A DNA stretch of 64,000 bases from a virus (taxonomy: Duplodnaviria > Caudoviricetes), in the IMG/VR virus record IMGVR_UViG_3300044991_001466. One strand, given 5' to 3'. The translations under genes were made by a program, and so were the position numbers. Shown here in pieces: positions 10,392-19,892 of the stretch. Every line of letters starts with the position of its first letter. The stretch's first letter is position 1. The notes under the pieces are model-generated. The model had not been told where the DNA came from. It searched no databases and saw nothing but the letters and a program-made list of their open reading frames with translations.

Positions 10392-10631
10392 ATGAATATA
10401 ATCGAATATTATTACAACGACGATAACAGGATGTTATACGTCGAATTTTCAACAAAAGAAGACGGAGATAGTTATTATCGAGTGTTAAAACTCAATTATG
10501 ACGATATTGAATTCTATTCTCCCGAAATTATAGATGAGGAAGACATAGACGGAATAGATGAGGATTTCGTAATTGACCTAATTAATCAGTATTTATTAGA
10601 TAATGACTTACCAGAAGAAATAAGTCTCTGA
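10392..10631 (+). CDS. Hypothetical acidic protein
   Basis: ORF 79 aa. Confidence 0.6.
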   Translation: MNIIEYYYNDDNRMLYVEFSTKEDGDSYYRVLKLNYDDIEFYSPEIIDEEDIDGIDEDFVIDLINQYLLDNDLPEEISL

Positions 10632-10642
10632 TATTTATTACT

Positions 10643-11011
10643 ATGAGTTTTTTAACCGAAGATAAAAAAAAGGTGTTAGATAAGTTTGTCCTATTTGTAA
10701 AAAAACAATTAGAATTAAAGACAATCCCCACAATTAAAATCCAAAACGATAGAGAGGGATTAAAAACAACAGCAAATTACGACTACACCAAAGAAAACAA
10801 AATAATTAAGGTTTGTGCAATGAACAGAGCGTTAGTTGATGTGTGTAGAAGTATTGCACATGAAATGGTTCATCATAAACAATTTGAGGATGGTCGTTTA
10901 GAGGTTAAACCACCTGATATTGGAGGTGAAATTGAGGATGAGGCAAATGCTAAGGCCGGTCAATTCATCAAGATGTACTCCAAGGAAGACCCCACCATTT
11001 ACGACTTGTAA
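10643..11011 (+). CDS. Small zincin-like (HExxH) metallopeptidase-domain protein
   Basis: RSIAHEMVHHKQ and distal EDEANA. Confidence 0.6.
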   Translation: MSFLTEDKKKVLDKFVLFVKKQLELKTIPTIKIQNDREGLKTTANYDYTKENKIIKVCAMNRALVDVCRSIAHEMVHHKQFEDGRLEVKPPDIGGEIEDEANAKAGQFIKMYSKEDPTIYDL

Positions 11012-11012
11012 A

Positions 11013-11630
11013 TTAATTTCTCATAAACACTAATTGTAGTTTATAAGTTAATAATTTATCTGTTGACCTGTTACTTAATAAAACATCAGTTGTTACGTTT
11101 GGGGATGTTAAAATTAAGACTTCTTTTGGGGTTACCCCTAGTTTTTTTTCAGTATAATATGTCCATGACGTATACCCTATAGGTCTTTGGTCAAATTGTT
11201 TTATATCATGTACCGTTATTCTGGTACCACTATTAAAAGACACCCAACAATTTTTGGTTCCTTGATTACCATTAAAAAAGGTAGAAAGTTCATAAGTTTC
11301 AAATTCCCATTTTGTTGAATTTACCCCATCTCTATCTAAAATAAATAATCTAGATAATGGAGTTTTAGAAAAGTCTTGGGTTAATGTTAATGTTGTATCA
11401 GTCTGTTGTTTGAATCTAAATGATTGTAAACCAACACTATCGGTTTTAATTACTTCTATTTTGCTTATGTCGGATGCCTTGTCACAACCTTGGCAACTCA
11501 CCAATTTTATTTCATAATCGGATAGAAACCATTGACCCCCATTTAACGTTAGTGGGACGTAGCTTTCTAACTCATATTTCTCACAGCTAAGTAAGGTCAA
11601 TGATATTATAAAAAAGATTAATCTCTTCAT
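11013..11630 (-). CDS. Lipoprotein, unknown function
   Basis: Signal peptide with lipobox LLSC. Confidence 0.65.
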   Translation of the reverse strand: MKRLIFFIISLTLLSCEKYELESYVPLTLNGGQWFLSDYEIKLVSCQGCDKASDISKIEVIKTDSVGLQSFRFKQQTDTTLTLTQDFSKTPLSRLFILDRDGVNSTKWEFETYELSTFFNGNQGTKNCWVSFNSGTRITVHDIKQFDQRPIGYTSWTYYTEKKLGVTPKEVLILTSPNVTTDVLLSNRSTDKLLTYKLQLVFMRN

Positions 11631-11709
11631 GTCTTTATGTTTTCACCAAAATTACGTATTTTTTATGATATACATACAAATATCTCACTTTTTTTTGTAT
11701 TTATACTAT

Positions 11710-11985
11710 ATGAAGATGTTTATCAGTGAAAAACAATTAGAGTTAATATACTCAGAACGTAATGGTAATCAAGAGATTGATGAAGAAGACGCTGGAACGG
11801 ACCCTGAGGCAGCAAAACCAACTGCGGGTACGTCATCAACACAAACGGGTGGTCAAGGGTATCCTGAGGTCGGTAAATGGGAAAGTGGGGTAACAAGAGG
11901 TCCTGGTAATCAAGTTGGTATAACGAAGTGGGCGGATGTTGTCGGAGCTAATCTTAAACGAGGTAAGGATAATCCATTAAAATAA
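11710..11985 (+). CDS. Probable virion (internal head) protein
   Basis: ATG at 11710 after TATTTATA (11698-11705); N-terminal FISEKQL motif. Confidence 0.55.
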   Translation: MKMFISEKQLELIYSERNGNQEIDEEDAGTDPEAAKPTAGTSSTQTGGQGYPEVGKWESGVTRGPGNQVGITKWADVVGANLKRGKDNPLK

Positions 11986-12018
11986 TATTCTTAGATATTT
12001 ATATACGTAAAAATAAAC

Positions 12019-13185
12019 ATGGTATACCAAAGAAGACAAATTATTACAGAATCTGAAAGAAATCATATTAGAAAAATATATGGTTTAACTCCACAAAAGG
12101 AGTTTGTTTTTGATTTGGTTATTACCGAAAATGAGAAATATCTAATTTTTTTAGATAATGTTTTTGTTAAAAACGGTGACGGAAAATCAATCGGTACAAT
12201 ATGGGAAAACACCTATATTTTTAACGAAATTTTAATGGATTCGGTTAAACATTTAAATGAGTCAGTTCAATCTTCTGTAAATGAACTTATATCAACAATT
12301 AAATGGTCTAAAGAATTGATAACTGAATGGATTAAAGATAAGGGTGTTATATCGGAAGAAGAAGGTAGTTGGTGGGATAACATTAAAAGTGGAGCAATAA
12401 ATTTAGGCCAAAAAGTAAGTTCATCTTTTTTAAGTTCAATGGAATCTATTTTTAAGGGAGCAATTCTACCCGCACTAAGATGGATTAGACGACAATTATA
12501 CACAATTGAAGGTATTATTATAGATATTCTTATGTCATTTTTTTTAGTTAAAAGTAATGCAATTTTATGGGGTATTATAGTTTTATTAGATATTGGTGAA
12601 ATTGCATTTAATGATTTTGACCCACAAGACCCTGCGAGGTCACAATTACCGTATTTCTTTTTAATTGCAGATACCATTGGCGCACTATTCTCTGGATTAG
12701 CCGCAAAAGCTGCAGCAAAAGAAGTTCAAATCATTTCAAAATCTGGTTTATCAAAAGGGTCACCAACATTAGTGAAAATGATAAACACATTAGCGGAAAA
12801 AATACCATCATTAAAAAATATTTTAAAAACGGCAGCCGATGCCATTTCTAAAAAACTTACTAACGGTAAAGGGGTTATTTCAAAAATATTAGGGTTTGTA
12901 GATACAATATTATCTAATTTTTCAGTGTTTTTATCAAAATTAACTGGTAAAACAAACGGTAAACTTAACATATTAAATCCCGCAAAAACAGCCGCGGTAG
13001 CTCTCGGTGTTGGTAAGTCGGCCGAATATGGTATTGAACATTTAGATAAAAATAACAAGGTTGGCGGATTTATTGTTGGAACAAATGATAAGGTTAAAAA
13101 TTTGGTCGGAGTTAGAACACCGGTTTTTAATCCTGAAACATCTTCAGCAGTTTTAAGAGCAAGACAATTAGGACTATTAAAATAA
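12019..13185 (+). CDS. Probable virion/ejected protein with membrane-inserting helices
   Basis: Late motif at 11996; IITESE N-terminus; central hydrophobic stretches. Confidence 0.6.
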   Translation: MVYQRRQIITESERNHIRKIYGLTPQKEFVFDLVITENEKYLIFLDNVFVKNGDGKSIGTIWENTYIFNEILMDSVKHLNESVQSSVNELISTIKWSKELITEWIKDKGVISEEEGSWWDNIKSGAINLGQKVSSSFLSSMESIFKGAILPALRWIRRQLYTIEGIIIDILMSFFLVKSNAILWGIIVLLDIGEIAFNDFDPQDPARSQLPYFFLIADTIGALFSGLAAKAAAKEVQIISKSGLSKGSPTLVKMINTLAEKIPSLKNILKTAADAISKKLTNGKGVISKILGFVDTILSNFSVFLSKLTGKTNGKLNILNPAKTAAVALGVGKSAEYGIEHLDKNNKVGGFIVGTNDKVKNLVGVRTPVFNPETSSAVLRARQLGLLK

Positions 13186-13193
13186 AAAAAAAC

Positions 13194-15347
13194 ATGAAAA
13201 CATTTGACATTGCAAAAGAAATTATGGGATACCATAATTTTGTTAAAAAAGAAATAAACGAAGGTACTCTCACAAAGATAATCACAAATGCCACAGTAAA
13301 ATCTGCAGTTCAAGCGATTGAAAAGGACGTTGCAAATTTAATCACACAACTAATACAAAAAGCTGGTTCTGCAAAAAAAATAACTGTTAATGCAATTAAA
13401 AACGATATAACTTATTTAAAAAGTTTAGAAAGTTTAGCGGAAATAGCCGCAAAATTAGAAAAAAACCCTTCAACGGGAATAAATTACAAATCTTTCAAGG
13501 AATATCAAACAGCTAATAGAGATGGGGCAGATGCTTTATTAAAAAAGGTATCTGAGGGGATGAATCAAGAAATATTAAACACCACCAAATCAATGGGAGC
13601 AACTATTGAAGGTGCCGAAAGTTTAGCCAAAGGTGAATTAAATGCTGCAACAAAAAAAGTTGGTAAAGATGGTGCGGTTATTGACCCGTTATTTAAAAAC
13701 GTTGAATCTAGTACAAATTTATCCACTAAATTGTCAAAGGGTCGAGCAGAAGCATCAAAACTTGGTCCAACTACTTTGAAAAATTTTGAAAAAGAAATGA
13801 ATAAGTTGGCACAATTAAGAGCACAGGGTCCAGGAGCCACAGTTTGGAAGAAGGTTAGGACTAAAAACAATAAAGTAAATGTTGTGAAAGGTGGAAAAGG
13901 TTATTCAATGACTGTGGACCAACTTAAAATTTATGGCGGTAATGTAAAAAACTTTGTGTTTAGTAAAAAAGGACTGGGTGTTTTAGCCGGTTTAGCTACA
14001 ATTGGGGTTATCTATTATTTACTACAACAACAAAATCCAAATGATCTTCTTATTATATCAGATGAGGATGGAAATGATTTAAGTGATATTGGAGGATGGG
14101 CACCATGTATTCAAGAATTATTAAAATCGGGAGAGGCTAAGGTGATAAAAAATGTGAGTGGTCAAATTAGTGTTAGACTTATACCAACGGAGTATCCTGG
14201 TGGATTACAATTTTACCCCAATGGTAAAGTTATGGATGTTGCAAGTAAAAAAATGGGTACTTGGAAATGTAAAGATGGTAAAACGGTAATTGCTGAAACT
14301 CAAAAAATATCATTAATTGGTTTATTAAATGAACAAGGTGGTCAAGTAACAGATGAACAAATGGATTCTTATGTTGACACCGCAGTAGATGATTTAGACG
14401 GATATGTTGCAGAATATAATTTAAAAAGTCTTTTAAATATTTTAACTGCATTAAAAGGTAAAACAAATAATGGTGAGGATGCAATTAAAAAATTCTTACA
14501 ATATTATAAAGAAGATGAGGGTGTTGATTTTGTGTCTGATGTGAATAGTGTTGGAGTTGCAAATCTAAGTGTGATGGCAAAAAATATGAAGCCACAAATC
14601 ATTGCTTTAGCGAAAGGTGGGGGGGTACCAACCGCAACTAAAACACCACCAACGGGAGGTAATAAAGGTTTAGGTGGTATCGATATTATTTGGGATGGTC
14701 AAAAGAAAACAGGAGAAAAAGAACCTATAGTAACGACACCAAAAAAATCAAAATATCACGATTGTTCAGGAAAAGATACATTTGAATTTGGATGTAAATC
14801 ACCAAAAATTAAAGAGATACAAACATGTTTAGGAATGGAAGAAAGATATCAAACGGGTAATTTCGGTCCATTAACAAAAAAGGCATTAGAAGACATGAGT
14901 TATGATACAAGTAAAGGTATTACTGTTGAGATGTATAACAGAATTAAATCAACGTGTACAGACAACTCTGATGATGGTGAGGGTGTTGGTGTGACAAAAT
15001 TAGACGGTTCTGTAGAACCTTTAAAAACAGATTCAATACCTAAAGTTGCATCGGTTAACGCTGATAATTTAAATAACGTACCAAACTTACAACCAATATC
15101 CCAAGGTAATAAAGGAGAAAAAATTTACAACCTATTAAAAGGTAATTTTGATACAAGAAATGACGAGGGTAATGAAGGTGATTCTTACATATTCCAAGAA
15201 GGAAATAGAATAAAATATAAGGGTAACGCATTATCTCAAGAGAATTTAGATATGTTAACTAGTTATATTTCAAGTTTAGGTTATGATTTTATGAAAGCAA
15301 AACCTAAAGATGATTATGAATTTAAATATGTTTGGTTAAAAAGATAA
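13194..15347 (+). CDS. Large probable virion/ejected protein with one TM helix and a peptidoglycan-binding-like motif
   Basis: LGVLAGLATIGVIYYLL TM; KIKEIQTCLG...GNFGPLTKKAL resembles PG_binding_1. Confidence 0.6.
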   Translation: MKTFDIAKEIMGYHNFVKKEINEGTLTKIITNATVKSAVQAIEKDVANLITQLIQKAGSAKKITVNAIKNDITYLKSLESLAEIAAKLEKNPSTGINYKSFKEYQTANRDGADALLKKVSEGMNQEILNTTKSMGATIEGAESLAKGELNAATKKVGKDGAVIDPLFKNVESSTNLSTKLSKGRAEASKLGPTTLKNFEKEMNKLAQLRAQGPGATVWKKVRTKNNKVNVVKGGKGYSMTVDQLKIYGGNVKNFVFSKKGLGVLAGLATIGVIYYLLQQQNPNDLLIISDEDGNDLSDIGGWAPCIQELLKSGEAKVIKNVSGQISVRLIPTEYPGGLQFYPNGKVMDVASKKMGTWKCKDGKTVIAETQKISLIGLLNEQGGQVTDEQMDSYVDTAVDDLDGYVAEYNLKSLLNILTALKGKTNNGEDAIKKFLQYYKEDEGVDFVSDVNSVGVANLSVMAKNMKPQIIALAKGGGVPTATKTPPTGGNKGLGGIDIIWDGQKKTGEKEPIVTTPKKSKYHDCSGKDTFEFGCKSPKIKEIQTCLGMEERYQTGNFGPLTKKALEDMSYDTSKGITVEMYNRIKSTCTDNSDDGEGVGVTKLDGSVEPLKTDSIPKVASVNADNLNNVPNLQPISQGNKGEKIYNLLKGNFDTRNDEGNEGDSYIFQEGNRIKYKGNALSQENLDMLTSYISSLGYDFMKAKPKDDYEFKYVWLKR

Positions 15348-15350
15348 GAT

Positions 15351-15956
15351 ATGAATAATATAAAATTAGATATTAAGAAAATTGTAAGTGAGAACTTACA
15401 AAAGACAAGAAAACAACGTCTTGAAGAATCTTTTAATCACATCAAAGATATTAAAGATATTGAAACCCTATACAGTCAAATACTATATACCTCATCAAAT
15501 TTAATTGAGGAGGGATATGAAATTGGGGAAGTTGAATCCGTTGTTAATGGTTTAACCAAAGAAGGTATTATGGATAGTGCATTAGGTGGAATGGAAGACT
15601 TAAAAAATAGAGATTGGGCTGGTGACGTTAAAACAGGTTTGTGGTCTGCGGCTAAGGAATATGTTATAAAGTATTTTGTAAGTGCTTTAGGTGTGAATGA
15701 ATTTTGGAGTAAAGAACTTTCGGTAATATTTGCAAACATGTCACCAATAGAGATATTGAAGCCATTTAAAAATGCACAATATTGTACTCAGTATATGCCG
15801 AAATTAGCGGGAACAATTATTGAAGCAACTGTAGCTGGATATATGGGAAAAGACAATGCCGTAAAAAACATTACTAGAAATATATTAACCGAAGCTTTTA
15901 ATGAATCAAATATTAACCAAGTATTAGCAAACAAATTATGTAAAATAATACATTAA
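15351..15956 (+). CDS. Probable virion protein
   Basis: ORF 201 aa in the late operon; IVSE/LEE motifs. Confidence 0.6.
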   Translation: MNNIKLDIKKIVSENLQKTRKQRLEESFNHIKDIKDIETLYSQILYTSSNLIEEGYEIGEVESVVNGLTKEGIMDSALGGMEDLKNRDWAGDVKTGLWSAAKEYVIKYFVSALGVNEFWSKELSVIFANMSPIEILKPFKNAQYCTQYMPKLAGTIIEATVAGYMGKDNAVKNITRNILTEAFNESNINQVLANKLCKIIH

Positions 15957-15958
15957 TC

Positions 15959-16900
15959 ATGGAAAAAAAATATTATACAAAACAACAAATATTGGAAGAT
16001 AAACAACCGTTAAATGAAGAAGGTTGGTTTACATTAGAAAACACGTTAATGGCTTTAGGATTTGTTCCTGTTATTGGTGAGATTGCCGACTTTGCACTTA
16101 TTATTTATTATTTAAAAAAAGGTCAGAACTTATATGCCGCATTGATGTGTATAGCACTATTTCCCGTTGTAGGTGATTTAATTGCTAAACCATTTATTAA
16201 ATTATTAAAATTAGGTAAAGAAGGTAATTTAGCACTTAAAGGTGGTGTTGAAATGACTGAGTATCTTGCTAAAAATCCACAAATGGCGGCTAAGGCTGCT
16301 GAAATGGCAAAATACGCTACGTCACCAACCGCAGGAAAGGTTGTTGCTAGTGTCGCAAATGTCAATAAAGGTTGGGGGTTAGGTTTAAAGGGAGCTCTTG
16401 CGGAATTAGGTAGTATATTTGCTAAAGTAAAACCTGTTGGTGCAATTAGTGCTGGTGTTGGTGCTAAAGTTGCAGGGTCAACATTTAAAACAGGATTTAA
16501 AGGATATTATCAAGGTGAAAGAATTGCACAATATGCGGTTAAAAATGGTATGAAACCAGAAGGGTTTATAAAAAATTGGTATATACCATACATGTCGAGA
16601 TTGGATAGGAAAAATTCATTTAGAAAATTTATAATTGCTAATAATTTATTAGCAGTATTTGGAATACCGTCATTAACAACATTTGAAGAAAAAGTTATGA
16701 ATGATGAGAAATTTAGGGAAAAATTGGCTAATAACCCAGCAATGAGTGAATACATTGCATCAAACACAACACCCGATGTTGCGGCACAAGTAACAAACAA
16801 ACCTGCAGGTTCAGAAGGTGTTGGTGATAAAGCGGCAAATTTAGTTGGAGGTACAATAGGATTAGGAATTATTAAGAGAATTGCTTCAACTATTGTCTAA
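15959..16900 (+). CDS. Probable virion/ejected protein with pre-toxin TG-like helical hairpin
   Basis: LGFVPVIGEIAD ... IALFPVVGD repeat; Gly/Ala-rich amphipathic helices. Confidence 0.55.
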   Translation: MEKKYYTKQQILEDKQPLNEEGWFTLENTLMALGFVPVIGEIADFALIIYYLKKGQNLYAALMCIALFPVVGDLIAKPFIKLLKLGKEGNLALKGGVEMTEYLAKNPQMAAKAAEMAKYATSPTAGKVVASVANVNKGWGLGLKGALAELGSIFAKVKPVGAISAGVGAKVAGSTFKTGFKGYYQGERIAQYAVKNGMKPEGFIKNWYIPYMSRLDRKNSFRKFIIANNLLAVFGIPSLTTFEEKVMNDEKFREKLANNPAMSEYIASNTTPDVAAQVTNKPAGSEGVGDKAANLVGGTIGLGIIKRIASTIV

Positions 16901-16918
16901 AACAAGATATTTATATTC

Positions 16919-17020
16919 AGAGTTTGATTGGTTTGGTCGCCATTAAACGATAATACTTATAAACGAAAAGGAGGTGTTTTAAATCTCGACAAAGGAGCTC
17001 TAAAGGCTCTTTTGTTCGTT
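16919..17020 (+). ncRNA. Candidate small RNA E1 containing a 12-nt complement of the Bacteroidota anti-Shine-Dalgarno
   Basis: Follows late motif ATATTTATATTC (16907-16918); AAAGGAGGTGTT at 16967-16978; 10-bp hairpin acaaaggagc/gctcttttgt; no ATG; shares three blocks with 45171-45205. Confidence 0.45.
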
Positions 17021-17045
17021 AATAGACTTTCCATATTAAAAATAT

Positions 17046-17074
17046 AAAAAAAGGTCCTTAAAAAGGACCTTTTG
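17046..17074 (-). terminator. Intrinsic terminator of tmRNA (bidirectional)
   Basis: aaggtcct/aggacctt inverted repeat flanked by A and T tracts. Confidence 0.75.
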
Positions 17075-17468
17075 TGGAGATGACGGGACTCGAACCCGTG
17101 TCTTTCCGGTTCAACAATAAATGACTACACGTTTATTCAATTAGTTCTTAATTGACAAATAGAAGGTTAATATCAGGAAACCTACAATACTGTTCCTAAC
17201 CGGATTTTCAAGAGCCGTCAAGTTTGCTCCAACACTCTGGGGTTATGTTCCACCGAAGGGACTTCTGTTCCTAGGTTATATGTCCATCGACCCGATTGTA
17301 GTTTCGCCTTAGGCTACTGCTACGTTAGAAGTTGCAAGTAAACCTGCAATTTCCATGTTTGTGTAAACGTTTCCGTTTGAAATTTTCCACCGTAGATTTA
17401 AGTCATAGATGAAGTCTGACTACGTGCCATTTATCCCTGATACCTGAAATCAATTCCATGGCATCCCC
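17075..17468 (-). ncRNA. ssrA: tmRNA
   Basis: 5' GGGGATG pairs with 3' CATCTCC-A (G3:U70 alanine determinant); T-arm CGGG-TTCGAGT-CCCG; internal tag ORF. Confidence 0.93.
17309..17374 (-). other. tmRNA tag reading frame GNVYTNMEIAGLLATSNVAVA*
   Basis: Open 21-codon frame ending in VAVA-TAA after tttcaaac; resume codon inferred. Confidence 0.7.
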
Positions 17469-17548
17469 AAATGGTATTTAACAAAAATAGATAAAAAAGG
17501 GTTAAAAAACTAATTTTAACCCTGAATAAATCTATGTAAAGAAAAAAA

Positions 17549-17749
17549 TTACTTAGTAGTAGTTTTCTTTGGTGCCTTTTGAGTTGCGTCTTTTACTTTT
17601 TTAACCTTAGCTTTAACTTCAGTTACAACCGCTTTAACAACTTCAACTTCTTTAACAACCTCACTTTCTAATTGTTGTAATTGTACTGCTTTCTCAGCTG
17701 TAGTTCCACTACTCAAAAGTTTCTTAATCAAATCAATAATTTTTTTCAT
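17549..17749 (-). CDS. Small basic protein
   Basis: Likely start MKKIIDL at 17749; Lys-rich tail. Confidence 0.55.
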   Translation of the reverse strand: MKKIIDLIKKLLSSGTTAEKAVQLQQLESEVVKEVEVVKAVVTEVKAKVKKVKDATQKAPKKTTTK

Positions 17750-17795
17750 AAAAGTTTTTTTATAATAATAAATATATACAAATTTGGTTAAATTA

Positions 17796-18485
17796 TCAAG
17801 AGGTAAGTGGGAGATTTTTATCAAATAATGCCTCAAAGTATAATTTATTCTTTTCCCACTTCTTATTTGTCATTCCGATTGAAAGGTGAGTTACCCCAAA
17901 TTTGGTTGTTAACCCAATTTTAACCCCCTCTAAAAAATTCTCAACACAGAAGGGAATGTCATAAAAATGAAACCCTTCAAATTGTTCGTTAAATTCCTTC
18001 TTTATACGTCCCTTATGAACCGCAAAGAATAAACCGTCTACTATTACCACATCCTTAAGAACGTCGTTGTATGACCCCTTAGAATACTTGTTAACGTGTC
18101 GTTTACCTTCATGTATATGACCAACAACACCAAACATATTTTCCCTATTCTCCCACCAACATCCACTTGTTAATTTATCGGTTCCTGCAATGCCAATTAT
18201 ACCATATTCGGAATGCTTTTCAAACATTTTCACAACCTTAGGAGTCATATTTGGAGTTTCTAAAATAAGATCGTCGTGCATAAACACGACTATATCATTT
18301 TCAGATTCCTTTAGACCAATATTATAAATTTGAGTTAACGATTTTTCACCATCATTCTCATAAATAAGAATTTGAGTTTTTGGGTGTGAAAACATCTTTT
18401 TAACGTGATTAACGTAAGTCTCATCTATTTTACGTGTTGATATAACAACACTCACTATTTCATTATTCTTCGACATAGGTTGCAA
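17796..18485 (-). CDS. GT-A glycosyltransferase (Glyco_tranf_2_5-like)
   Basis: SLTQIYN, VFMHDD, GIIGIAG, VDGLFFA, FHFYD. Confidence 0.75.
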   Translation of the reverse strand: MQPMSKNNEIVSVVISTRKIDETYVNHVKKMFSHPKTQILIYENDGEKSLTQIYNIGLKESENDIVVFMHDDLILETPNMTPKVVKMFEKHSEYGIIGIAGTDKLTSGCWWENRENMFGVVGHIHEGKRHVNKYSKGSYNDVLKDVVIVDGLFFAVHKGRIKKEFNEQFEGFHFYDIPFCVENFLEGVKIGLTTKFGVTHLSIGMTNKKWEKNKLYFEALFDKNLPLTS

Positions 18486-19215
18486 TTATTTTACCTTCAA
18501 CTTCTTCTAAGTCAACTATGATTGGTTTATTTGATGGTTCATATCTTTCCGTACAAATTGATGCATTAACATAAAGAGTTTCTCTATTATAAACCGCACC
18601 ATAAGCTCCGTGGATATGTCCAAATACATGTAATAATGGTTTTAATCTATTTTCTAATTGATGTCTTAATAATTCACAACCCACGTTCATATCCCCTTGT
18701 CTCCAATTACTTACAAAATCTCTAATCTCATTTGGTGGTCCGTGTGTAATTAGTACATCAGTATCATCAGGAATCATATCCCATTTAGTTTTAAGTTCAT
18801 CACCCATTCTTGGTAAGTTAAAAGCCCAATCATAAAAATTTGGTTGCCAAGGACTTCCGTAGATTTTAATTGGTCTTGAGAATTCAGGACTATTTATTAC
18901 AATAAATTCATCCTGTAAGTAAAATACATTCGATTCTACTAAATTATCAAAACTCATTAAATCATTTAACCAATCATAATCACCTCTATGATGAGGTTCA
19001 TCGACTTTTTCAAAACAAAAATCGTGATTACCTGCAATGAATATTTTATATTGAAAATCATCAATATTTTGAAACCAATGTACAAAATTGGTAACATCTT
19101 TCTCACCTCCTTTATTTGAAATGTCCCCTGAATGTATCAACACATCACCTTTGGGGATTGGGTGGGACATTAGGTCCTGAAGACTATGCGTGTCTGATAA
19201 GCAGATTATTCTCAT
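18463..19215 (-). CDS. Calcineurin-like metallophosphoesterase
   Basis: SDTH, HSGD, AGNHD, THGPP, FGHIH motifs. Confidence 0.9.
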   Translation of the reverse strand: MRIICLSDTHSLQDLMSHPIPKGDVLIHSGDISNKGGEKDVTNFVHWFQNIDDFQYKIFIAGNHDFCFEKVDEPHHRGDYDWLNDLMSFDNLVESNVFYLQDEFIVINSPEFSRPIKIYGSPWQPNFYDWAFNLPRMGDELKTKWDMIPDDTDVLITHGPPNEIRDFVSNWRQGDMNVGCELLRHQLENRLKPLLHVFGHIHGAYGAVYNRETLYVNASICTERYEPSNKPIIVDLEEVEGKIIATYVEE

Positions 19216-19255
19216 AAAACAAATATAAGAAATTAAACGTGAAATATCAAATTAC

Positions 19256-19846
19256 TTAAGGGGTTACTTCAAAAACTAAATTTACCCTAACTTTATTTGA
19301 TGCATTAATGAAGGTATGTAGGGAATTTCCAATCGAATAGACTGAACCTGATTTTAAATTATGAATAGAATTTAATTCACTATCATTTAAAAAAAACTCA
19401 TTAAACTCATCAAAATTTTCAGGGAAATCTTTTCTCATTTTATTATAGATTTCACCTTTTTCATGTAGTTTTTGTTCAAGTAAACATTCATAATTATAAA
19501 ACTTAACGTCATCATTTAATGGTAAAATATACCTGTTTAATCCTCTATCAATGTGAAAATTAATCTCACCCTTTTGTGCGTACTCTAAATAAAATAAGAT
19601 GTTAATATTAAATAATTTTTTTAAACTATCAATAAAGTTAGTTAAATCATCTTTTACTCGATAACTAATTTCATGAATAGAATCTAAACTATATACTTTC
19701 TTAAAATTTGGGTCTCTATTATAAATGATGTAATTAACATTATGATTTAAAAAATGTTTTAAGTGAAAAGAATCGGAATTATAAAAATCAATGACTTTTG
19801 TCAAATAAACATCATCTATTTCCGTTATCTTTTTTAATCCTTCCAT
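19256..19846 (-). CDS. Putative 2OG-Fe(II) dioxygenase (Asp/Asn hydroxylase-like cupin)
   Basis: FHID...LH..N...RVNLVF (HxD...H...R) pattern. Confidence 0.5.
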   Translation of the reverse strand: MEGLKKITEIDDVYLTKVIDFYNSDSFHLKHFLNHNVNYIIYNRDPNFKKVYSLDSIHEISYRVKDDLTNFIDSLKKLFNINILFYLEYAQKGEINFHIDRGLNRYILPLNDDVKFYNYECLLEQKLHEKGEIYNKMRKDFPENFDEFNEFFLNDSELNSIHNLKSGSVYSIGNSLHTFINASNKVRVNLVFEVTP

Positions 19847-19863
19847 TTATATAATTATATGGC

Positions 19864-19892
19864 AAAAAAAAAAGTCAGAATTTCTTCTGACT
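19864..19892 (-). terminator. Intrinsic terminator closing the large ncRNA
   Basis: Minus strand agtcagaa-gaaa-ttctgact followed by a U tract of about 10. Confidence 0.8.

Noticed and set aside
12267-13870. Long antisense ORFs (12267..12677, 12726..13313, 13565..13870) and similar ones at 1514, 33171, 37834, 55985 and 58730
   Set aside because: Shadow frames of real genes caused by codon bias; no motifs or start context.
16919-16928. AGAGTTTGAT (16S 27F-like) as an rRNA gene fragment or contamination
   Set aside because: Only 10 nt match; the following sequence is not 16S. Retained only as a remark within E1.
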